A stretch of 59,346 nucleotides of DNA from positions 1 through 59,346 of IMG/VR virus record IMGVR_UViG_3300023235_000989. One strand, given 5' to 3'. A model generated the notes under the pieces. It had not been told where the DNA came from, ran no database searches, and saw nothing but the letters and a program-made list of their open reading frames with translations. Below are positions 27,695-35,542 of the stretch, piece after piece (position 1 is the stretch's first letter; each line of letters begins with the position of its first letter). This stretch comes from a virus (Duplodnaviria > Caudoviricetes). The position numbers were made by a program, and so were the translations under genes.

Positions 27695-28380
27695 TACTTG
27701 AGTATTGCATGATGTTCGGGATGAAGTCTCTCTTCGTTCGGACCAATGATGGAACCTATGAAGTTGTCCGCATCTCTAGGTATCGGGAATCTATGACACC
27801 CCGGATGGATATCACTAGCTGCATGCACCTTATGGGCTATTAGCGGAAATACGTGCTGCTTGAGAAAATCTTGATCGCACTGCCAAGCATCTGGATACTG
27901 TAAGCAAAACTGCTTGATTAGCTCACTCATCTGCGGGCAGGCATACTTCTTCATTCCAAACATACCACCCATCAAGGCGTAAGACGGATTGAAGTGATGA
28001 GGGTGGTCTCCCATTGAATGAACCAACTTAGGTCCATCTAGCCACTCTTGAACTGCCTTCGCCTCACGTTCACTCAGTCGTGAGTCACAGTCACGAGAGA
28101 TAAAAACATCTACGTCATCCTCACTGGCTGGTAGGAATCGAGCAAACATACCCTTCCATCCCCTCATGCCCCCTGGCATATCTACTAGTTCGGTTCCGTT
28201 ACCAGCCTGAGCTAACATCATTTGATATTGAAGTGGAACCGTATTACGGTCAACATAGAAGCGACAAGTCCAATCAGGGTAAAGCTTCTGTGCTAGTATA
28301 ACATTACGGCACGCCCCGACTGTATATTTTTCTTCACTTCCCCAAAGTGAGAATGTGATTAGTTTCTTAGTCATTGTCAT
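27694..28380 (-). CDS. putative GT-A-like glycosyltransferase (FSLWG family)
   Basis: ITFSLWG..KY..GA..N, YPDW.CRFY, RFLP, SRDCDSR (DxD), GGMFG, DQDFL; start uncertain. Confidence 0.6.
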   Translation of the reverse strand: MTMTKKLITFSLWGSEEKYTVGACRNVILAQKLYPDWTCRFYVDRNTVPLQYQMMLAQAGNGTELVDMPGGMRGWKGMFARFLPASEDDVDVFISRDCDSRLSEREAKAVQEWLDGPKLVHSMGDHPHHFNPSYALMGGMFGMKKYACPQMSELIKQFCLQYPDAWQCDQDFLKQHVFPLIAHKVHAASDIHPGCHRFPIPRDADNFIGSIIGPNEERLHPEHHAILK

Positions 28381-28408
28381 TCTATTAGACATGTTAAAAA
28401 CCAGGGCT

Positions 28409-29224
28409 TTATGCAAATTCTTTAAGGAAATCTTTGTAGCGTTTGTAGTAGTCAGGAGACTTAAACTTCGTTTCCGTCTCTAATCCGACAGCAGATGGAC
28501 CACCGGGGTAGAACGACTGCATGGCACGCATAGCTTCGAAGTTACTACGCTCTTTGTCGGACTGCTCTAGTGAGTCCTTTCTCTGATTGTAGATACTGAA
28601 GCACGATGGGATGTCTACGCCTTTAGCACCTAGAGACATAAAGTAGAGGACGAGCCAGTAGTCGAAAGCCGACCGATACTCGTTGCCAGCCTTAATCATC
28701 AGATCCCAATCAGCCACGTCGCGCAGTTTATTATCCCAGTGAACATGCACGCCACAGCGGAAGAACTGTTGTAGGTCGAGTTCTGTATACTTCGGCGGGA
28801 TGCCCTTAGCCGTGACGATGTCGTCGACCCGCGTTTCATAACCGCCGTAGTAGAAGTGGAGCTTCTCCCAACGTAGCATGGCAGCCTGTCGATTAGCCTT
28901 GTCAGCCGCGCTTAGAACCTGCACGCCGCGCCAGGGGTAGGACCTGTCATCGCTGTTGGTGTTGCACACTATGCCACCCTTCGCTACATGCCAGCCCTCT
29001 AGCCATGACACGCCATACGGTGTTCGCTTAGTCTGCTCTAAGAGTTTGATTCTCGGGTCACGCTTCTGCCACTTCTTGATGATCTCTACGCTTCTGTCGG
29101 TTGACTCACTATCTACAATGATATGTTCGTAGTTAGGGTTACTCTGCTGGCTAAGGTTCTCGATGAGTCCATCTAGAAACTCTTCCGAGTTAAAACAGCT
29201 AGTAATAAAGGATATGTCAACCAT
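28409..29224 (-). CDS. glycosyltransferase family 2
   Basis: ISFITSCFNSE, EHIIVD..STD, NTNSDD; start moved to 29224. Confidence 0.85.
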   Translation of the reverse strand: MVDISFITSCFNSEEFLDGLIENLSQQSNPNYEHIIVDSESTDRSVEIIKKWQKRDPRIKLLEQTKRTPYGVSWLEGWHVAKGGIVCNTNSDDRSYPWRGVQVLSAADKANRQAAMLRWEKLHFYYGGYETRVDDIVTAKGIPPKYTELDLQQFFRCGVHVHWDNKLRDVADWDLMIKAGNEYRSAFDYWLVLYFMSLGAKGVDIPSCFSIYNQRKDSLEQSDKERSNFEAMRAMQSFYPGGPSAVGLETETKFKSPDYYKRYKDFLKEFA

Positions 29225-29225
29225 C

Positions 29226-29474
29226 TTAAGTCTTGATGTCAAAGACATACACCACACCATGGATGTCATGTGGGTGACGCTTAACATCAGACACACGAGG
29301 ATCGTTACCGACCTTGACGATCGTCTCTAGAAAGCGAGTCTTCTTCACTTCCGTCTTTAGATCATCGGGCGATGGCCAGACTGAAAGCCTCGCCTCGCCA
29401 GCGGTAATCGCACTACTAACCCAAGGATGCTTACGCGGCTTCTCTGGAAGCTTTGCTAGTGGTTGCTTCGTCAT
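29226..29474 (-). CDS. hypothetical protein
   Basis: 82-aa ORF with TAATG overlap. Confidence 0.6.
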   Translation of the reverse strand: MTKQPLAKLPEKPRKHPWVSSAITAGEARLSVWPSPDDLKTEVKKTRFLETIVKVGNDPRVSDVKRHPHDIHGVVYVFDIKT

Positions 29475-30517
29475 TACGCATCCACCAAGTTAAAGAGCTT
29501 GTCGTATCCTTGCTTGCCCTCTTCGGCAAAGATCCAAATCAAGGGGACATGAGTTAGGCAATATGGTGCCGCCAACTCGTGATTCATAATCTCTTCCTGT
29601 GCGTCTAGGAATGCATCCTTACGTTGCACAATCGGATGATTAGCCATGGCTGGAGGATGAATACCATCAAAGAACAGGACCGTATCCATATCTTCTGACT
29701 GAGCTAGATACTCATCAGTCTGACCGCCACGAGCATAGGCTCCTACGTCACCGTGTTTGTCCTTGCCAAGCTCCTCATCATAGAACGCCTTCTTCTCCGC
29801 GATCTCCTTATCATTATCCTTGCAGTAAGAGTAATGGTAAACTGCGAACTCAGGAAGAACGAAACGACGACTCAGATAACGAGGGTCGAAGTATGTGCAA
29901 ATCCCATCCTTGTCACGAGCAACGGGATGATTCTGATAGTTCAGTCCAGGCTGAAAGCGAATGAACCTCTGGTGTTGCTGACCCCAATCCCCACTAGGCT
30001 TACGCACATGATAGGCATCGCGCCAAAAGTGATAGAAGCCAGCGGGAACAAACTCTGTAGCCCACGGCTCCAGGCTGATGGCTTCACGAAGCTTGTCGGC
30101 AACGTCCGGCATGATAAACTCGTCAGCGTCAGTGATCAGCATCCAATCGCCCTGCTGCATGTATTGGAAGAAGCTGTTCTTTAGTTCTTCTAGGTCAGCC
30201 CATGGACGATCAATCTGCACAAAGATAATCTTCTTGTCTGGGTCCTTGTTTGCCTTCACGTCCTTGATGATCTCGACCGTGCGATCTAGCGAGTGACCAT
30301 CGGGAGTAGCCTGACCGGCAGCCGCCTTACTTTGGACTGCGCCTTCGATAACGATGATGCGATCTACCTTATCGTAGAGCTGAAGCATACACGCCTCGAC
30401 GAGCTTCTCTTCATTACAGACTTGAATGCACTGCACAATCTGAGGCTTTGCGTCAAGCGCATCAACAGTGACAGAGATCTGATTGGGAAGATTGTTATTG
30501 AATGGGTTATTAGACAT
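29474..30517 (-). CDS. glycosyltransferase family 2-like
   Basis: CNEE, DRIIVIEG, SLDRT, WMLITDADE (DxD), YHYSY; start moved to 30517 after GGAG. Confidence 0.8.
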   Translation of the reverse strand: MSNNPFNNNLPNQISVTVDALDAKPQIVQCIQVCNEEKLVEACMLQLYDKVDRIIVIEGAVQSKAAAGQATPDGHSLDRTVEIIKDVKANKDPDKKIIFVQIDRPWADLEELKNSFFQYMQQGDWMLITDADEFIMPDVADKLREAISLEPWATEFVPAGFYHFWRDAYHVRKPSGDWGQQHQRFIRFQPGLNYQNHPVARDKDGICTYFDPRYLSRRFVLPEFAVYHYSYCKDNDKEIAEKKAFYDEELGKDKHGDVGAYARGGQTDEYLAQSEDMDTVLFFDGIHPPAMANHPIVQRKDAFLDAQEEIMNHELAAPYCLTHVPLIWIFAEEGKQGYDKLFNLVDA

Positions 30518-31706
30518 TGCTAGTCTCCTTAGTCTTGCTAGCTGCAATCTCTTCAATCACAGCAAGCATTTTTGGTCCAACTACCGAGTGGTCGAACTCT
30601 GTCATGTTTGGAGCTTCAAGTGTTTGAGCCTCCTTGGCGATCTTCATTTGAACCATCATCGAAGAGACAGATGGTTCTGCGATCATGTCAAAGCTCGTGT
30701 AAAGCTCTGGGTCAGCATGTTGTTGGCTGACTAGGGGCTCCATCGAGAAGGCTATAGGATACACGTTGTCTCGTGTGCGCTCCACCTTGTATGTTGAGTG
30801 TCCATCGGGATATTCTGCTGTTTGAGCAAACTCACCCATACCACCCCAGAGGGTAGTGATCAACTTATTGCCATGGGTTAGTGCGTCGAATGCTGGAATA
30901 CACCAACCCTCACCACGCGAACTACACACGTAAGCGTCACCAGTCTTGTGGATCTTTCGGATCTGATGATCAGTTAGCGTCTTTGTTACCAGCATCACTG
31001 GAGGAAAACCATCTGCGGGAAGTCGCATACCCTGCTTTACATTATCAATGTAAGCCTTTAGCTTCTGCTGTTCCTGCGAGCGTCCCTGCATGTTCACATA
31101 GGTCTTTAATAGTAGCACGACCTCATCTTGTTTGCCATGGAATGCACCAAAATAGGCACGTAGCAAACTATCGATACCCTTCTTCTGGGAGAATTGACTG
31201 ATATTGTAGAATACAAATCGGTCCTTCAAGAAGTTAGGATCACTAGGTGACACGATTTCCTCAACGTCATCTAGAGAATAAGAGGGGATGTCGAAGGTGT
31301 GCGGCACCTTGTGGATTGGCACAGTGACACCGGAGTCCTTAAACGCCTTGACACTAGCATCGCAGAAGGTCATCACTGAGTCGAACTGGTTAAGCTTGTC
31401 CGCCCAGTAGCTAGGGATCCTTGTAGTCTCCCAAGCGACGATAGCGATGTTGACCTTGCCGGATGCTGGACGACATTCATTGGGTGTTGTATGCTGAATA
31501 ACAACATCAACATCATTTAAGCTTCCCTTGAATAGCTCTCGCTCTCGCTCTGTTGGTTTATATGAAGAGCCCGGATCTGCTTGATCGTATCTAACCGGAC
31601 GGGTTACGATATTAGCACCAGCCTCATCCAACGCCCTGACATATGCACGACTAGCTGTTGCGTATCCGCTAAAATCTCGCAGGGGTGCGATATAAAGAAT
31701 TTTCAT
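30510..31706 (-). CDS. glycosyltransferase family 4 (GT-B)
   Basis: SGYA, WET, QKKGIDSLL, SSRGEGWCIPAFDA and TLWGG. Confidence 0.9.
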   Translation of the reverse strand: MKILYIAPLRDFSGYATASRAYVRALDEAGANIVTRPVRYDQADPGSSYKPTERERELFKGSLNDVDVVIQHTTPNECRPASGKVNIAIVAWETTRIPSYWADKLNQFDSVMTFCDASVKAFKDSGVTVPIHKVPHTFDIPSYSLDDVEEIVSPSDPNFLKDRFVFYNISQFSQKKGIDSLLRAYFGAFHGKQDEVVLLLKTYVNMQGRSQEQQKLKAYIDNVKQGMRLPADGFPPVMLVTKTLTDHQIRKIHKTGDAYVCSSRGEGWCIPAFDALTHGNKLITTLWGGMGEFAQTAEYPDGHSTYKVERTRDNVYPIAFSMEPLVSQQHADPELYTSFDMIAEPSVSSMMVQMKIAKEAQTLEAPNMTEFDHSVVGPKMLAVIEEIAASKTKETSNV

Positions 31707-31790
31707 ACATGACTCCAGATTTTTCTATTATTGATAGCGCTTACTGTAGTTTGCGCTATGTCGAATTTGATATACACCATTCTTCATCAT
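31703..31790 (-). pseudogene. 88-bp scar of a GIY-YIG homing endonuclease
   Basis: One frame reads MKNGVYQIRH (N-terminus); an overlapping frame reads KFDIAQTTVSAINNRKIWSHV* (C-terminal HTH end), with ATGA overlap to the next gene. Confidence 0.75.
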
Positions 31791-33664
31791 AGAATCATTG
31801 CCTCGAACGAATCGGTGTCTTCACTGCCCACTTGCGCGGACGGTTCATTAGTCTTCCCTGCACGCATAAGCTCAACTTGATTCTGAGCCTCAGCCTGCTG
31901 ACGGAAGAAGTTAGCTATCTCGCCACGGGTCTTTTCGGCGGGGACTCCTCGCGATACTTCGACAGATAGCTTCTGCATCCAGTTACGTCGTCCGTCCTCA
32001 TCAATGTCATGCTCGGTTGCATAACCTAGCACCTTTGTGTAGCACCAGACAACGAACGCTTCGTCAGTTGCATCTGCTGGAGGTTGCTGCGCATCGATCT
32101 CAACTAGAGACACAGGCTTATCCCAGGTCTTGTCACGATCCAATGGCGTGATATGGTCTAGGATGAACTCCCATTCCTTATAGTTCTTATCCCAGTCATA
32201 ATGCTTCTCAGCACACTCGCGGGCTTCGACACTCATTGTCTTAAGTCGCTTATGATCACTTAGCATGTCACCCATCTTCTGAGCGCAGTCAGTCATAGAC
32301 GTGGCAGCACGCCAGCAAGTAGTTTCGGGCTCTTCGTAAAGCTGACTGACCTTCATTACCTCGCCACCCTTGTTGACATCGTAAGTCTTCTTGTCGATGT
32401 GGTCATAGTCAGGGACCTTGCCCTTCTCGGAGATGGCAGCGTAGTCAGTCACCAGCACTGGGATACCGCACGCCTTTCCTTCTTGGACGGGCATGCCGCA
32501 GCCTTCCGCAATACTCATCTGCACCATAATGTCAGCCATACCGTAGACTTCGGATAGCTGCTCACGAGTAAGTCCAGCTCCAGTAGTTGGAGTTCTAGCT
32601 GATTGCTGACCGCACTTAGGACACATAATTGTGTGACTTTGGCGTAGGTTAATTGAAGGAGCAACAAACACATCACCACATGTTGTGTTATGACACATGA
32701 ATGTCGAACATACTTCTCGAATGATTCCCTTGCGAGTTACCGGGATACCGTGAGTGCCAGTTTGGATGCGGGCAATAGCACGAGGGAAGTCGATTGACAT
32801 AGCGTTGTCTGGCCATGCAGTATGCATAAGCAAAATTGACTTCTGCACGGTCTCATCATCCGGGAACGCCTTCTTCATAAGCGCGAACGACTGGATGACT
32901 TCCGAGATACGCTTTCGAGCTTGGTTTCGCTGCACCAGCAAGATGATTGGCACGTCAGGCTTGAGACCCCACTTTTGCCTCAGCTCCGCCTTAGCCTTAT
33001 CGTCACGCGGATGGAACGTCTTCAGGTCAACACCTGGACGCATTGGCACAGGGTGTAGCTTGCCGGGCATCTTATCAATACCAATGAACCCAGGCTTGCC
33101 CGGTGGGTCAGAGCGTAACTCTAGACGTGGCGAAGACTTGCGAAGCGAGTCAATACCAAAGTCGGAGTATGCCATGACATAGGTAGCACCGTTATAGGTG
33201 TTGATCCATTCTTCCTTCTGAGGGATCGAGTCAACAGTCGGCATTACCAACCAGTTGAAGTATTTGCGGAATGGGCTTCGCTCTTGGAATGCGACCATCC
33301 ACCAGTCACGAATATCAATTACGATATCAGGACGAAAATCAGAAAGAACATGCTCGAACTTCCATCGACCAAACTGATTAGTGTTCTGTCCTGGCTGAGC
33401 CGGATCCTGCTGTTGGAATACCTGCTCCTCTTCAGGAGTCATTGGTTGGTTGCCGTAGAACTTCCACCGGCCTCGGATAGATCCCTTGATACGGGGATCA
33501 TCATCCCTGGCATAGGAACCGAACTCCGCAATCTCATACTTACCAGTCGCAGCAAGGCGAGGCAGTAGTTGATCGTAGATATTAGAAAATCCCGTGTTTA
33601 GAAAAGACGCTTCTCCGACAAAGAGAATGCGCTTCTTGTAGTCTTCTTTACTCTCGACACCCAT
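31787..33664 (-). CDS. glycosyltransferase family 4 with Cys4 insertion and DUF4214-like C-terminal domain
   Basis: TGF, PGVD...F.P, RNQARK, AEGCGMPVQEGKACGIP; CHNTTC...CPKC insertion; TDEAFV..CY..VLG...DEDG...W. Confidence 0.85.
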   Translation of the reverse strand: MGVESKEDYKKRILFVGEASFLNTGFSNIYDQLLPRLAATGKYEIAEFGSYARDDDPRIKGSIRGRWKFYGNQPMTPEEEQVFQQQDPAQPGQNTNQFGRWKFEHVLSDFRPDIVIDIRDWWMVAFQERSPFRKYFNWLVMPTVDSIPQKEEWINTYNGATYVMAYSDFGIDSLRKSSPRLELRSDPPGKPGFIGIDKMPGKLHPVPMRPGVDLKTFHPRDDKAKAELRQKWGLKPDVPIILLVQRNQARKRISEVIQSFALMKKAFPDDETVQKSILLMHTAWPDNAMSIDFPRAIARIQTGTHGIPVTRKGIIREVCSTFMCHNTTCGDVFVAPSINLRQSHTIMCPKCGQQSARTPTTGAGLTREQLSEVYGMADIMVQMSIAEGCGMPVQEGKACGIPVLVTDYAAISEKGKVPDYDHIDKKTYDVNKGGEVMKVSQLYEEPETTCWRAATSMTDCAQKMGDMLSDHKRLKTMSVEARECAEKHYDWDKNYKEWEFILDHITPLDRDKTWDKPVSLVEIDAQQPPADATDEAFVVWCYTKVLGYATEHDIDEDGRRNWMQKLSVEVSRGVPAEKTRGEIANFFRQQAEAQNQVELMRAGKTNEPSAQVGSEDTDSFEAMIL

Positions 33665-33685
33665 GCAGTTCCTTATTTATCCTGT

Positions 33686-34324
33686 CTAGCTGTCCTGGCC
33701 CCATGCCAGGATCTTGTCACGAATAGATGCTTTGATAACGAATAAGGTGGAGCGACTCACCGCCATCTCCGTTACGATATCATCCATCGAATAGTTACTT
33801 GTTACTAAGTTGACGAACTTCAATTCCTGTTCAGTCAATCCGATCTCATCTAGCACCTTAAAGATGCTGCCTTCTTCAGGAGAAGTGTCATCGACTACCT
33901 CAATCTGATTGGGATCAACGGAACGATTCTCAACTAGTCCTAGTAAAGAAAGAAAAGTAGCCCGGGTTTTGATTCCGAGCTTAGCCATGATCTCCGCATC
34001 GTCAACTCCGTCTCGCCTCATACGATGAACGGCATTGGCTTGACGGCGCACTTTCTCATCAACCGTAAATACGTTACTGAATGAGTTGGCTTGCTCTAAT
34101 AGAGCGTGGCGGATACACTTACGTATATAGGATGGGAGAGACCCAAGTGATGGATCGTATGACTTCAGCGCAACCACAAGTGCTAGAGCACCTGCCTGTT
34201 GTAGATCTTGCGTATCTACGACTGCTGGGTTATTTACCACGATCGAGTTAATCAGAGATCTGATTAAGCCTCGATGCTTGAGATATACCTTATCTGGAGA
34301 TTGATCCATCCTACACAACGTCAT
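33686..34324 (-). CDS. phage sigma70-family RNA polymerase sigma factor
   Basis: Region 2-like DLQQAGALAL..ALKSYDPSLGSLPSYI...IR; C-terminal region 4-like HTH. Confidence 0.8.
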   Translation of the reverse strand: MTLCRMDQSPDKVYLKHRGLIRSLINSIVVNNPAVVDTQDLQQAGALALVVALKSYDPSLGSLPSYIRKCIRHALLEQANSFSNVFTVDEKVRRQANAVHRMRRDGVDDAEIMAKLGIKTRATFLSLLGLVENRSVDPNQIEVVDDTSPEEGSIFKVLDEIGLTEQELKFVNLVTSNYSMDDIVTEMAVSRSTLFVIKASIRDKILAWGQDS

Positions 34325-34338
34325 GGCAACTAGACCCC

Positions 34339-34755
34339 CTAGAAGGGGATCGGAGCGGACTCGCTGCCCTGCGACGAGGAGCGATCATTACCACCACTAG
34401 CTTGACCACCACCAGCATTAGCGGTTGCATCTTCGTTGTCCGAACGACGGGTGCTTGTGGTCGCAGTAATACTATTCACATTCACCTGGACACGGCTTAC
34501 CTTAACGCCTTCCTTATTCTCATAACTATCCTGTTCAAGGTCACCCGTGATAAAAATGCCCATACCCTTGGTGAAGTCACGCATGATATCTGCACGCTTG
34601 CCCCAGGCGATAGCGTCGATAAAGTTTGCCTTACGCTTCTCGTCACGACCGCGATTATACGCGATAGAGAACACTGCGCGCTGCTTGTCACCCTCTCCAA
34701 AGAACTGGGGGTCACGCGAAAGGCGACCGACTACAACTGCTGATCCTTGATCCAT
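34339..34755 (-). CDS. ssb: single-stranded DNA-binding protein
   Basis: GRLSRDP, FSIA, FID..AWG..A, KG..I.ITG.L, G/S-rich linker and C-terminal IPF. Confidence 0.92.
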   Translation of the reverse strand: MDQGSAVVVGRLSRDPQFFGEGDKQRAVFSIAYNRGRDEKRKANFIDAIAWGKRADIMRDFTKGMGIFITGDLEQDSYENKEGVKVSRVQVNVNSITATTSTRRSDNEDATANAGGGQASGGNDRSSSQGSESAPIPF

Positions 34756-34766
34756 ATTTTTTTTTC

Positions 34767-35273
34767 CTACTGACTTGGTTTTCTAACTGCCAAAAAGATT
34801 CCAGAGGCTCGAATTTGAACGAGACTCAAGAAGTCATCCACAATACCCTCATCTTCTGCAATTTGAATGATCTCAGCATTAAGGACACCAACCTCATCAT
34901 ATCTAGAATATACGTTGAGTAGCGCCGTCTGCTGAGAAACAAACATCGTGATGTCTGCCTCATTCCCTTTTAAGGTTGGGGGTAAAAACTGCACATCGGA
35001 GAGACACTCTCCCATGTGGTTGATAATCGTTAGGTCTCCTGGCTTGACCTCGAAGGTTCGAACTAAGCTAGCTGTAACCGTGCGGATGAATTGCTCAGCC
35101 GCAAGTTCAGTTACCATAATCGGACCTTCACTAAAGGATGTTACAAATCCTGTCGATTGATTTTCGTCAAAGATACACCACCGGAAGTCCATTGTCTGCT
35201 TCTCGTCTTTATCGACGATGACAATCTTGACAGTTCCATGAATGCCATTAATGGTAGTAGTGATCTTGGCCAT
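34767..35273 (-). CDS. hypothetical protein
   Basis: 168-aa ORF directly after promoter copy 4. Confidence 0.65.
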   Translation of the reverse strand: MAKITTTINGIHGTVKIVIVDKDEKQTMDFRWCIFDENQSTGFVTSFSEGPIMVTELAAEQFIRTVTASLVRTFEVKPGDLTIINHMGECLSDVQFLPPTLKGNEADITMFVSQQTALLNVYSRYDEVGVLNAEIIQIAEDEGIVDDFLSLVQIRASGIFLAVRKPSQ

Positions 35274-35279
35274 ACCTCT

Positions 35280-35305
35280 ATTATGTGTCTAGATGCTAAA
35301 TTCGT
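35280..35305 (-). promoter_or_regulatory. putative phage promoter, copy 4
   Basis: Minus strand ACGA ATTTAGCATCTA GACACATAAT. Confidence 0.75.
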
Positions 35306-35308
35306 ATG

Positions 35309-35542
35309 CTATTTTTCAGACTTATCTAAAACAACTTTACGTTCCAAAACTAGATACGGAAAGTTAAATCCAGCCCACACAGCCCTCCAGCCTTCGTTCT
35401 CTGCAAGTGCATTTAGGAATTCGAAAAAACCAGCACCACCTAGCGTCGGCGGGTTAGCAGGATCATTCGCCGTCCGCATAGCCTCAAGCTTTTCACACAC
35501 ATTATCCGGGACCTTAACTTCCTTGTATTCCATATAACTCAT
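35309..35542 (-). CDS. hypothetical protein
   Basis: 77-aa ORF with TAATG overlap to dnaE. Confidence 0.6.
   Translation of the reverse strand: MSYMEYKEVKVPDNVCEKLEAMRTANDPANPPTLGGAGFFEFLNALAENEGWRAVWAGFNFPYLVLERKVVLDKSEK

Noticed and set aside
31771-31778. GGTGTATA as a third copy of the TTAGTGTATAA element
   Set aside because: It is explained by the Gly-Val-Tyr codons of the GIY-YIG scar.
13674-33664. Host O-antigen or capsule locus (bacterial chromosome or chimeric contig)
   Set aside because: No Wzx/Wzy/Wzz/ABC export genes; the region shares promoter motifs, endonuclease family and orientation with the phage genes on both sides.
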